From assembly GCA_050246755.1 (NCBI GenBank), contig JBFWVL010000001.1, forward strand, positions 544,001-608,000: a stretch of 64,000 nt of DNA. Reading direction: 5' to 3'. The notes under the pieces were generated by a model. That model saw nothing but the letters and a program-made list of their open reading frames with translations. It was not told the DNA's origin and searched no databases. Each line of letters opens with the position of its first letter. Position 1 is the stretch's first letter. This DNA comes from Bacteriovoracia bacterium (GTDB taxonomy: Bacteria > Bdellovibrionota > UBA1018 > CAIPTA01). A program made the translations under genes and the position numbers. This document shows positions 45,874 through 55,191 of the stretch, one piece after another.

Positions 45874-47832
45874 ATGATTCTCTCTCTCCTCCTCGCCCTC
45901 TCCGCCCAGGCCGAAACTCTGCCCGCCGGCTACGATCGCACGGCCCCCGTGGTGGTCCATTCCGACATCGAAAAATCGAGCGTTCCGCTGGTAAACGCGC
46001 CGGGAAATTTCGTGGAGAGAGACGCGGAGTCCATCCGGGAGAAAACTCCGGATAGCCTGAAGGCCGCGGTCGGCGCGGAACCCAATATTTTAATGGTGGG
46101 CAGCCCTCGCGCCACCGCCGAGCTTCCGCAAATCCGCGGGCTGGGCGCCGAGAGAATTCTCATTCTCGACGAGGGCGTGCGCCAGAATTACCAGAGCGGT
46201 CATAACGGCCGGATTTTTTCCGATTTCTCCCTCATGGAACGTATCGAGATCGTAAAGGGCCCGTGGTCTTCGCTTTACGGCAGCGGCGCGATGGGCGGCG
46301 TGATCAGCTTCCGGCGCTCGACCGCGGAAGACCTTGCGCGAAAATACGGCAAAAACACCGGCGGTGAGCTGGCGCTCGAGGGTGGATCCAATGCGGCGGC
46401 CTTCGGGCAGCGCGCGACCGGCTTCACCAAGGCTGGCCCGGTTACGCCACTTATTTCCTACCACCACCTCAAATCGGGGAATATCAAGCTCGGCGACGGC
46501 ACCACGCTGCCGTTCTCCCGCCTTGAAACAAATGATGTTTATTCCTCCGTGGGCCTCCAGCTCAGCGAAAGCCAGCGTCTCCTGATCAAGCTGAACCGCT
46601 TCGAAAGCAAGTCGCGCGAGCCCCTCAACCCCGAGCGCGGCGATACCGCGCTGGCGCTGGTGGGCGACGCCGTTTCCCGCAAGCAAGACGTGGTGGCCGA
46701 CTACCAGCTTCTCCGCGAGCATATCGACGTGCACGCGAAACCTTATTTCCGCAAAACCCAGGTGGCCCGCCGCCGCGTTAGCGATGGGCGCAACGATTTC
46801 CAAACGGTAGAGACCGCCGGCATCGATTCCTGGTTCAACCTACGCAATAAGCTCAGCGATTCCCTCGCCTCGGCCTTCACCGCCGGCGCGGAGTATTTCC
46901 ACGACCGCAACATCGGCCGCCGCGGGAACGCATCCCTCGTAAGCTTCCCCGACGGAACCACCAACCAAATCGGCGTGTACGTACAGCCACAGTTCGTGGT
47001 GAAGGAAAAATGGAAATTCACTCCCGGCGTGCGCGTGGATAAGTTCCATTCCCAATCGGGCGGCAACGCCGACAGCGATGGAAAAAAAGCTTCGTTCAAA
47101 TTTTACACTAGCTACGAGCCGCGCCCGCTCCACCTTTTCTTCGTGGGCTGGGGACAGGCGTTTAACATGCCAAGGCTGCAGGACCTCTACGCCAACGGCT
47201 TGCACTTCCCGGGGGGGGGCCCGGGCGTGCCCAATAACTTTTTCTTCCCTAATCCCTCGCTGCGCCCCGAGCGCGCCAATACCTTCGAGACCGGATTCAA
47301 AATCACCCACAATATCGGCGAGGATTCCGCTCTCTCCACGAATGCCACCGCGTTCCTCACGCAGGCAAAAGATCTCATCAACCGCGACGTGAACATTTCC
47401 GCCGGTACCACCTATTTTGCTAATATCGACCGTTCTCGCCTATACGGCGCCGAGGCTTCGGTATTTTTTCAGCGCTCGGCGTGGGGAAGCGGGCTGACGT
47501 ACGGTAAGGTAAGGAGCCGAAATAAGGTTACGAACCAGCCACTCCAAGATACTCCCGCGGATCACTGGGCCCTGCGCGCCGAAGCCTACGCTACCACTCG
47601 CCTAACCGTGGGCACCGACCTTCGTTATACCCAGGCCCAGCGTAAGGTACCGCTTACGATTCAGCCCACCGGCGCTTACTACGTGCAAGATCTTTTCCTG
47701 AACTATAACCACCGCCCCTGGGCGCTCGGGATATTCGTAGACAACGTGTTCAACCGTTCGTACCGCCGCCATTTCTCGACCAATCTCGAAGAAGGCCGCG
47801 ATATCCGCGGCACGCTCACCTGGGGATTTTAG
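45874..47832 (+). CDS. TonB-dependent heme/hemoglobin-type receptor
   Basis: IRGLG..RILIL.EG, IEIVKGPWSSLYGSGAMGGVI, AFNMPRLQDLY (FRAP-like), NPSLRPE (NPNL-like); C-terminal F. Confidence 0.88.
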   Translation: MILSLLLALSAQAETLPAGYDRTAPVVVHSDIEKSSVPLVNAPGNFVERDAESIREKTPDSLKAAVGAEPNILMVGSPRATAELPQIRGLGAERILILDEGVRQNYQSGHNGRIFSDFSLMERIEIVKGPWSSLYGSGAMGGVISFRRSTAEDLARKYGKNTGGELALEGGSNAAAFGQRATGFTKAGPVTPLISYHHLKSGNIKLGDGTTLPFSRLETNDVYSSVGLQLSESQRLLIKLNRFESKSREPLNPERGDTALALVGDAVSRKQDVVADYQLLREHIDVHAKPYFRKTQVARRRVSDGRNDFQTVETAGIDSWFNLRNKLSDSLASAFTAGAEYFHDRNIGRRGNASLVSFPDGTTNQIGVYVQPQFVVKEKWKFTPGVRVDKFHSQSGGNADSDGKKASFKFYTSYEPRPLHLFFVGWGQAFNMPRLQDLYANGLHFPGGGPGVPNNFFFPNPSLRPERANTFETGFKITHNIGEDSALSTNATAFLTQAKDLINRDVNISAGTTYFANIDRSRLYGAEASVFFQRSAWGSGLTYGKVRSRNKVTNQPLQDTPADHWALRAEAYATTRLTVGTDLRYTQAQRKVPLTIQPTGAYYVQDLFLNYNHRPWALGIFVDNVFNRSYRRHFSTNLEEGRDIRGTLTWGF

Positions 47833-49205
47833 TGATTGCTGCGAAATGGCCACGGCTATTTCTGGCCCTAGCGGTGGCAGCGGTGGCCGGCTATTTTCTT
47901 TTGGTGAAACCTATCCACGGGATCGCCGACAACGGGGATTTCTGGCGCGTGATGGCACCGGCCGGAATCGAATACCAGGAAGGAAAAATCCCTCCCCGCT
48001 ATCGCTCCCTGGCGCGCGAGTTTTCGCTTTCCACGCCCCACCTCGGCGACAGCACCACGAGCGCCGTCCTTCCCGCCTACCTTGTGGCCAAAGCTTCCTC
48101 TTTTTCTACCGCGTTCGACCTGCGTTCCCTCGGGGCCTTCTACCTGGCGGTCTACGCCTGCGGGCTTGCCGCTCTCACCTTTTCTCTGGGCGGATTTATT
48201 TTTGCGTTAGGAATGGCTTGGCTGAGCCTCGAGCCCACGTTATTCCTGCACTTCAATAGCTTTTTCTCCCAGTCCCTTTCGCTGGCCCTCTGGCCGTGGC
48301 TGCTATGGTCGTTAGTGAAAACGTTCACGACCGGAAGAAGGAAATACTCTCTCATCCTAACCGCAACGGCATTTCTCATAGCCACCAGTAAACTGCAGTT
48401 GGCGCTCGTTCCGCTATTGCTGTTGCTAGCGCTGAGTATACCGCCCAAAAAAAATCTGCGCTTCGCCTCCGCTCTTTTATTGGGCGCCACGGTTTTCAGC
48501 CTGGCCTTCTCTTTTCTGCCCTCTAGTCCCCAGCGCCGCGGCCTCGCCATCATGAACCACTACCACGCCATATTTACCGGAATCGCCCAGGTGGCGAATA
48601 ATCCCGTGGATCCGCTGCTTGCTCTGGGAATATCGGAAAACTACCACTACATGGCCGGAATCGGCATGATGGACCCTCCGGTAAATGGCAGGATTTCGGC
48701 GCAACTAGCCGGGCAGCTGGAGCACCTGAATTTATTTCACCTAGCCGGGCTCTACCTAGGCTCGTCGGGCGCGCTCGCGCATAGCTTGCCGAAATTTCAG
48801 GACGCTCTGGCCCGAACGCCTTTGCAATACCTGGGCAACTACGAAGCAAACCTTCCCGGAAAAACTCTGGACTTCCCTTGGCAATTCTCGAATTTTCGCG
48901 ATCCCATTTTTCGTTTTGCTCCTTGGCTCCCTTGGATTTTTAGTTTCTTGCTCCTCGCGATGGGCGGGCGAATGGTAGGCAAGCAAGAAAAGTTCGAGGC
49001 CTGGCACTGCATAACGCTATTTCTCCTCCTCCATTTTCTTTCGCAGCTCCCCATCGCCGTTTTGGGTAACGGCTTCTATAGCCTCCACCGCCTCCTCATT
49101 CCGGCCCACTTTGCGCTCGATATTCTGCTCTGGCTAACGGTCGACCGGGCAGTATCCCTTCTGCTCCACCAGCGAACGGCCCACCAGTTGGCCTTTCGTC
49201 CATAG
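47832..49205 (+). CDS. Polytopic membrane protein, WsfD-like GT-C glycosyltransferase
   Basis: GIADNGDFWRVM motif after TM1; about 10 TMs. Confidence 0.6.
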   Translation: MIAAKWPRLFLALAVAAVAGYFLLVKPIHGIADNGDFWRVMAPAGIEYQEGKIPPRYRSLAREFSLSTPHLGDSTTSAVLPAYLVAKASSFSTAFDLRSLGAFYLAVYACGLAALTFSLGGFIFALGMAWLSLEPTLFLHFNSFFSQSLSLALWPWLLWSLVKTFTTGRRKYSLILTATAFLIATSKLQLALVPLLLLLALSIPPKKNLRFASALLLGATVFSLAFSFLPSSPQRRGLAIMNHYHAIFTGIAQVANNPVDPLLALGISENYHYMAGIGMMDPPVNGRISAQLAGQLEHLNLFHLAGLYLGSSGALAHSLPKFQDALARTPLQYLGNYEANLPGKTLDFPWQFSNFRDPIFRFAPWLPWIFSFLLLAMGGRMVGKQEKFEAWHCITLFLLLHFLSQLPIAVLGNGFYSLHRLLIPAHFALDILLWLTVDRAVSLLLHQRTAHQLAFRP

Positions 49206-49324
49206 CCGCTTAATCCGATTATTCCGCCCGGTTTTTCGAAAAACTATCGCGATTCGCTACGCACCATGCTACATAAGATAATCTTTCAGCTACTTTACGA
49301 GATTGCGGGCAGTATTTGCTCATG

Positions 49325-49355
49325 GCCTCTGAAGCGGCACCAAGCCTCAGGAGGT
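49325..49355 (+). promoter_or_regulatory. Hairpin occluding the Shine-Dalgarno of the RRM gene
   Basis: GCCTCTGAAGC can pair with GCCTCAGGAGGT, which includes AGGAGG. Confidence 0.35.
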
Positions 49356-49360
49356 TTTTT

Positions 49361-49672
49361 ATGGGTAAGAAATTATACGTCGGTAATCTGTCGTACCAAA
49401 TGACGGATTCTGGGCTACAGGATGCGTTTTCCGCTTTCGGAACCGTTGAATCCGCAAAAATAATCATGGACCGCGATTCCGGTCGCAGCAAAGGCTTCGG
49501 CTTTGTGGAGATGGGATCCGACTCTGAAGCACAAGCCGCAATTGAAAAATTGAATGGCCAGGTTTTAGACGGCCGTCCCCTCACCGTTAACGAAGCGAAA
49601 CCTCAAGCTCCCCGCGAAGGCGGCGGACGTGGTTTTGGCGGCGGCAGCGGACGTGGTGGGTCTCGCTATTAA
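49361..49672 (+). CDS. RRM RNA-binding protein with Gly-rich tail
   Basis: RNP2 LYVGNL, RNP1 KGFGFVEM; AGGAGG SD. Confidence 0.95.
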   Translation: MGKKLYVGNLSYQMTDSGLQDAFSAFGTVESAKIIMDRDSGRSKGFGFVEMGSDSEAQAAIEKLNGQVLDGRPLTVNEAKPQAPREGGGRGFGGGSGRGGSRY

Positions 49673-49890
49673 TGTCTAGAGAAGACCTAATCAGCGCCGA
49701 AGGGAAAGTTACCGACATCACTGGCGGTAACTTTCAAATCCTGCTCGATAACGGGCAAACTGTTTCTGCTCGCCTCTCTGGGCGTATGAAGAAATTTAAA
49801 ATTCGGGTGCTCGTGGGCGACCGGGTAACAGTGGGAGTTTCCCCCTACGACCCAACTCACGGCCTCATTACACACCGTCTCCGCGCTTAA
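49672..49890 (+). CDS. infA: Translation initiation factor IF-1
   Basis: LSGRMKKFKIRVLVGDRVTV..SPYD...G.I; TAATG coupling. Confidence 0.93.
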   Translation: MSREDLISAEGKVTDITGGNFQILLDNGQTVSARLSGRMKKFKIRVLVGDRVTVGVSPYDPTHGLITHRLRA

Positions 49891-49920
49891 GCGCTCCAGA
49901 CGAACTTAGGAAAATTTAGT

Positions 49921-51123
49921 ATGAACTTTAGAGAGCTCGGCTTGGCCGAGAAACTTTGTCTTGCGCTCGAGCATTCGGGCATCACCAATCCTACTCCCGT
50001 GCAGGAGAAGGCTATTCCTTCCGGGCTGGCCGGCCGCGATTTGATCGTGAGCGCCCAAACCGGAACGGGAAAAACCCTCGCCTATTCGTTGCCCATGGTA
50101 ACTCGGCTCGAAGCCGACTCTTCGTCGACCGCGCTGGTACTGGTTCCCACGCGGGAATTGGCCACCCAGGTTCACCAAGTGCTGAGCCCCCTCCTCCGCA
50201 CCATGGGCCTCTCCGCTCCCTGCGTGATCATCGGCGGAGTGGCCATGGGCCCTCAGTTCGCCGCCCTTCGCCGTGATCCCCGTGTGATCATCGCTACCCC
50301 CGGCCGCCTGATCGACCATATCCAGAACGGTAAGCTCCGCCTCGACGGCGTGAAGACGCTGGTGCTCGACGAAGCCGACCGCATGCTCGACATGGGCTTC
50401 CTCCCCCAGGTGCGTAACGTGCTGAAGGTAGTGGGTGCCAATCGCCAAACCATGCTTTTCACCGCCACCCTGCCCTCCGACCTGAAAAAAATGATCCAGG
50501 ATTTGATGAAAAATCCGGAACAGATTTTCGTAGATCCGCCCTCTTCCACCAAGGCCAGCATCGAGCAGAGAATGCTCGAGGTGAACCAGGACCAGAAGAA
50601 CAACGCGCTCCTCGAGGCCGTAGGTGACCAAGTGGAAAGCGTGCTGGTTTTCGCCCGCACTAAGCGCCGCACCGATAAGATTGCCCAGCTCCTTACGCAA
50701 TACGGCGTGCGTAACGACCGCATCCACGGCGATCGCTCCCAGGCCCAGCGCCAGAAGGCGATCGACTCCTTCAAGGCCGGCCGAATTAAAGTGCTCGTAG
50801 CCACGGATATCGCCGCCCGCGGCCTCGACATTCCTCTCGTGGAGCTCGTGGTGAATTTCGATCTGCCGGAAACGAAAGACGATTACGTTCACCGCATCGG
50901 CCGCACCGGCCGCGCGGGCGCCGAAGGAATCGCTCTTTCGTTCGTAGCCAATGATGAGCACGGACAATGGGCCGAGATTAACGGCGCCGCCCGGCGTCCC
51001 GGCCAACCCAAACCCGCTCACCGCAACCGCCCCAGCGGCGGCCGCGGTGGTCCCCCAAAAAAACGTCACTTCGCTCCCTGGGGAAAACGCCCTTCTAGAG
51101 AAGTGGCTCAGTCGAGGGCCTAA
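49921..51123 (+). CDS. DEAD-box RNA helicase (RhlE/CshA-like)
   Basis: Q motif, AQTGTGKT, PTRELA, DEAD and HRIGRTGRAG. Confidence 0.95.
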   Translation: MNFRELGLAEKLCLALEHSGITNPTPVQEKAIPSGLAGRDLIVSAQTGTGKTLAYSLPMVTRLEADSSSTALVLVPTRELATQVHQVLSPLLRTMGLSAPCVIIGGVAMGPQFAALRRDPRVIIATPGRLIDHIQNGKLRLDGVKTLVLDEADRMLDMGFLPQVRNVLKVVGANRQTMLFTATLPSDLKKMIQDLMKNPEQIFVDPPSSTKASIEQRMLEVNQDQKNNALLEAVGDQVESVLVFARTKRRTDKIAQLLTQYGVRNDRIHGDRSQAQRQKAIDSFKAGRIKVLVATDIAARGLDIPLVELVVNFDLPETKDDYVHRIGRTGRAGAEGIALSFVANDEHGQWAEINGAARRPGQPKPAHRNRPSGGRGGPPKKRHFAPWGKRPSREVAQSRA

Positions 51124-52130
51124 TGCAGGCCCCCGCTGATTCCGTTACGGCGCCAAAACCGGGACTCTTCGTCCTGGCTTTGGCGTACCTATTGTTGGGA
51201 GCGGTTTTGTTCCTCTCCTACCTTCTGCAATTTCTGGGGCTCACCTTGCTCGGCTTTTTCGGCGCGATTCTCGGTTACCTGCTGCTGGCCCTGGGATTCA
51301 GGAAAAAAATCGTGACGTCCAACCTTCAGCTCGCCCTAGGGAAAGAACTCTCCGCGAGTGAGCTGCGCAGCCTCCGGAAAAAAATATTCCGGAACGTAGG
51401 CATCACCTTTCTAGAAATCGCCCGCAACTTTTCGCTAAGCTCAAAAAAAATGGCGCAGGAGCTCATCCTCACTGAGGCCGACGCCACTACCATCCGCGCC
51501 GTGCTTGCGCGCGGAAAAGGCGCGGTATTCATCAGCGGGCATCTGGGCAACTGGGAGCTCCTCGGCATGGGAATGGCGAGCAAAGGGTTTCCCGTCGCGA
51601 TCGTGGTGAAGAAAATGAATAACCCCTTCGCCCAGGTTCTCATCGAGCGGCAGAGAAAAAAAACCGGCATCGAGATCATCTATTCCGGGAACACGCTGGA
51701 GAAAATGAAGGCCACCCTGAAGCGCGGAGTGCCGATCGGTTTTATGGTGGACCAAAACATCACCGGCACCCGGGGAATACGCGCAAATTTTTTCGGCGTA
51801 CCGGCGGCCTCGATTCGCGGCCTCGCGGGGCTCGTGAAAGAAACGGGCACCCCGGTTATTCCCTTCTGCGCGGTGCGCTTGCCCAACGGCACAAATAAGC
51901 TGCGCCTTTTGCCGGAGCTGGCCTACCTCGAAGCCACGCATTTACCCGCAGGTTCTGCGGAACGCACGGCCCGGGAAGAGTGGCTTAATACCCAGCAATA
52001 CCAGCAATCCATTGAAACTCTGGTACGGGAAAATCTAGATCAGTGGCTATGGATCCACCGACGCTGGAAAACCAGCCGCGAGCCTCTCGTAGTCGAGACC
52101 GCACACTTAGAAAATTGTAAAAAAAACTAG
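51123..52130 (+). CDS. Lipid A late acyltransferase family (LpxL/HtrB/LpxP-like)
   Basis: GHLGNWE, VDQ, FFG..A and QWLWIHRRWK motifs. Confidence 0.88.
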   Translation: MQAPADSVTAPKPGLFVLALAYLLLGAVLFLSYLLQFLGLTLLGFFGAILGYLLLALGFRKKIVTSNLQLALGKELSASELRSLRKKIFRNVGITFLEIARNFSLSSKKMAQELILTEADATTIRAVLARGKGAVFISGHLGNWELLGMGMASKGFPVAIVVKKMNNPFAQVLIERQRKKTGIEIIYSGNTLEKMKATLKRGVPIGFMVDQNITGTRGIRANFFGVPAASIRGLAGLVKETGTPVIPFCAVRLPNGTNKLRLLPELAYLEATHLPAGSAERTAREEWLNTQQYQQSIETLVRENLDQWLWIHRRWKTSREPLVVETAHLENCKKN

Positions 52131-52318
52131 CGGGCGCCGGGAGTGGGGCGTTTGTAAGTGCCCTTGGCTTTTTGCTCGCAGGATTTGCAAAGAAAAACTT
52201 GCTGGCCGGTAGACTCACTGGAAACAAACCAATCGCCGTTTTTTAAAGCGCAATTCTCACGACAAAGATTGCATTTCATCTGGCCCCGCGGCGGTTTTGG
52301 GGACTGCGTAAAACTCAT
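52127..52318 (-). CDS. Small zinc-ribbon-like protein
   Basis: CNLC...CKSC; GGAG SD upstream. Confidence 0.6.
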   Translation of the reverse strand: MSFTQSPKPPRGQMKCNLCRENCALKNGDWFVSSESTGQQVFLCKSCEQKAKGTYKRPTPGAR

Positions 52319-52434
52319 GGTTTGCTCCGATCTGGTATCCTTTTAGGGTACCACAGGGGCCTTAGGAAGCGCTGGCTTTACGGGAAGAATCGGCTACGGA
52401 AGCAGTGTAAAAACACGAATAGCCGCCTTAAAGC

Positions 52435-54111
52435 TCAGCGCGCCAAAGGCAGCTGAACGATGAAATTAGCGCCCTGGCCCGGCATACTTTCCACGGTGAT
52501 CCGGCCCCGATGGGCACGCACGATTTCTTTGGTGATAAATAAGCCCAGGCCTAGCCCGCTGATGTTCCGGCTCGATACCGCACGCTCAAAACGCTCGAAT
52601 ACTCTCGGCAAACGATCCACGGGAATTCCCGGCCCCGAATCCTGCACGGTCAGTTCGGCGTTCTTTCCTCTTTCTTGCAAGCTGATTTTCACCGGTTTCC
52701 CGGGCGCATATTTTATACTGTTGGAAATCAGATTTACCATCACTTGCTCGAAGCGCCCCTTGTCTACTTCCGCTACCACGCGGTCTTGAATATCGAGCGT
52801 GAGGTCGCAGCCGGCTTCGCGCAGGGGATCGGCGTAGCGGCTGATCACGTCGCGCATGAGCTCCGCCAAATCCACCCTCTCGAAGTCGAACGTGATTTTC
52901 CCCGCCTGAATGCGGGAAACATCGAGCAAATCTTCGATCAAACGCGTGAGGCGATCCACTTGGGTATTCGCGATATCGAGAAACTTCACCAGGCGCTCCG
53001 GCGTAGGCGCTTGCTTCAGCTCCGGCTTCACGTTCCGGCGCGTGAGCTGGATTTGGAGCTTAAGCGAGGTCACTGGCGTCTTCAGCTCGTGGCTCGCGAT
53101 CGAGAGAAACTCGTCGCGGGCGAGAATTGCTTTCTGGGCCCGCTCGTAGAGAAAAGCATTGTCGATCGCGAGGCCCGCCCGCCGGCCGAGCTCCTCGGCG
53201 AAAAGACGGTCTTCGTAGTCGAAGCCTCTCTCTCCCGGGCCCTGGATAAAAGCGAGAATGCCCACGGTGCGCACGCGGTCGGTGATGGGTACCATCATGA
53301 AATGATGCAGGCCAATTTTCTTGGCGATCTCAAAATGATCTTCCGAAACCGATATCGTCCGCAGCTGTTCGTCGGTGATGGGAGAAAAATGCAGCGTTTG
53401 GCCTGCGTCCATCGCGGCCCGTAACCCGGCGGCGTGCATATGGTCGATGGGATTTATTTTTCCCAGCTCCGCTAATAAGGGCGTCTTGGTACGATCCCGG
53501 TGCATCGTCACTACCCGCTCGTAGGTATTCTCGTCACGCTGGATATTGACCGTGATCCAATCGCAGAATCCGGGCACCAGCAGCTTCGCGAGTTCGTGGA
53601 GGGCGTCGCGATAATTCAGCGAAGACACCAGCGCCGAGCTCGCTTCCGCAAGAATCGCCAGCCGCCGCGCGGATTTTTCTCTCTCCTGGCCCACCGTTTC
53701 TTCCCGCAGTACTTGTAAACGTCGGTCCTCGGCAATTTTCTTTTCCGTAATATCTTCGGAAATCCCCAGGAGAAAGGTGGGTTTTCCGTCTGGGCCGAAG
53801 AGGGGAATTTTTCTGGTATGGAGTATGCGATCGCCTTGGTGGGCCGTCCGGATCGATTCTTCCGGGATGTCCACAATCTCGCGCCCCCGCAGCACTGCAC
53901 GATCTTTCTCCACAAAAAAATCGGCCTGTTCTTTGGGAAAAAAATCGTAGTCGTTCTTTCCAATCATTTCGTCGCGGGGAATGCCCAATAAGTCCTGACC
54001 AGCCTTATTAAAGCGTACGAAACGGAGGCCCTCCGCTTCCTTTACGAAAACCATAAGGGGCAGATTTTCGATCAGCGAATCTAGGAATGCGCTGGATTGG
54101 TTTAGATCCAT
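52435..54111 (-). CDS. Cytoplasmic sensor histidine kinase (PAS-GAF-HisKA-HATPase)
   Basis: PAS (FVK...GKND.DFFP...DITE), GAF, SHELKTP, NLISNSIKY and GLGLGL. Confidence 0.92.
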   Translation of the reverse strand: MDLNQSSAFLDSLIENLPLMVFVKEAEGLRFVRFNKAGQDLLGIPRDEMIGKNDYDFFPKEQADFFVEKDRAVLRGREIVDIPEESIRTAHQGDRILHTRKIPLFGPDGKPTFLLGISEDITEKKIAEDRRLQVLREETVGQEREKSARRLAILAEASSALVSSLNYRDALHELAKLLVPGFCDWITVNIQRDENTYERVVTMHRDRTKTPLLAELGKINPIDHMHAAGLRAAMDAGQTLHFSPITDEQLRTISVSEDHFEIAKKIGLHHFMMVPITDRVRTVGILAFIQGPGERGFDYEDRLFAEELGRRAGLAIDNAFLYERAQKAILARDEFLSIASHELKTPVTSLKLQIQLTRRNVKPELKQAPTPERLVKFLDIANTQVDRLTRLIEDLLDVSRIQAGKITFDFERVDLAELMRDVISRYADPLREAGCDLTLDIQDRVVAEVDKGRFEQVMVNLISNSIKYAPGKPVKISLQERGKNAELTVQDSGPGIPVDRLPRVFERFERAVSSRNISGLGLGLFITKEIVRAHRGRITVESMPGQGANFIVQLPLAR

Positions 54112-54183
54112 ACCCCTATTTTTACCCGCGAGATCTTCAATCCGGTAGCGCCTTTATGCCCTCTAGCCCGTTGACCAGAGGCG

Positions 54184-55086
54184 TTAGCTTGCCTTGGAGC
54201 CTAGCTCTTTTTTCCAGGCATCGAGGAAAGCCGTGGAGGCCCTTCCCAGCTCCTGCCCTTTTCTCCAAACGGCAAACACCGACGCGGGCAACCGCTGGCA
54301 GTCCACGCGAATCAGTTCCCCGCTTTTCACTTCTTTTTCTACAGTATGCTTGGTGAGCAGCGCATACCCGAAGCCCCCAAGCACTAACTTCTTTTTCACT
54401 TCGTGTTGATTCACTTCCAGCCACGGCCGTTCCGTAATACCAAGCTTTCTCGAATGAAAGTGGGCGGGAAATCCTCCCGAATAATCGCTGTGGCGGGATT
54501 CCATCCTCGGCACCTGCGCCCTACGAAGATCGGCCAGCTTTAAGCCGGATTTCTTCAGCCAACGATTATTTTTCGCTATCACCACCCAGAATTCCGTCTC
54601 GAAGATTTGCCGGGATTCGAATGGTTCGGATGATTTCAGCGGGGTAAAAAAGATCCCGAGACTGCAACGGTCGTATTTCAGCTCATCTTTGATTTGGGAG
54701 GAAGTGCCCGCGAAAAGCCCCACGCGCAAACCGGGATGCCTTTCCCGGAACTCGCCCAGAAGCTGCGGCACCAGATAGAGCGCGATATTATCGGAGGCCC
54801 CGAGCGTCCACTCCCCCTCCAACTCCCGAGCCGAAGATTTCAGCCTGGCGGTAGCATGCTCGGCTTCCATGAAAATGCGGCTCGCGGACTGGAATAATAA
54901 TTCCCCGTCTTCCGTGAGCTTCATTCCCTGCCGCGTGCGGTTCAGCAGCGTCACGCCCAGATTTGCTTCGAGTAGTTTCACCATTTTACTGATGGCGGGC
55001 TGGCTCACCCGCAAGCTACGGGCGCTTTCCATAAAGCTTCCGGTGCGTGCCACTTCGTAAAAGTATTTGAGGTGAAGAAGGTTCAT
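54184..55086 (-). CDS. LysR family transcriptional regulator
   Basis: MNLLHLKYFYEVARTGSF..SA..L.VSQPAIS HTH. Confidence 0.93.
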   Translation of the reverse strand: MNLLHLKYFYEVARTGSFMESARSLRVSQPAISKMVKLLEANLGVTLLNRTRQGMKLTEDGELLFQSASRIFMEAEHATARLKSSARELEGEWTLGASDNIALYLVPQLLGEFRERHPGLRVGLFAGTSSQIKDELKYDRCSLGIFFTPLKSSEPFESRQIFETEFWVVIAKNNRWLKKSGLKLADLRRAQVPRMESRHSDYSGGFPAHFHSRKLGITERPWLEVNQHEVKKKLVLGGFGYALLTKHTVEKEVKSGELIRVDCQRLPASVFAVWRKGQELGRASTAFLDAWKKELGSKAS

Positions 55087-55099
55087 AACTTTAAGTTAT
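55085..55099. promoter_or_regulatory. LysR box (T-N11-A)
   Basis: ATAAC-TTTAA-GTTAT palindrome overlapping the lysR start in an AT-rich divergent gap. Confidence 0.65.
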
Positions 55100-55191
55100 T
55101 TTACTTTATATGATTATGTATTTTCTATCTACCATATAATCTGCGAACTTCCGTCTGCGCCGGCGCACCAACTAAAAAACTAGAGGTGCTT

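Noticed and set aside
49906-51069. 387-aa minus-strand ORF
   Set aside because: Antisense shadow of the DEAD-box helicase, typical of GC-rich codon bias.
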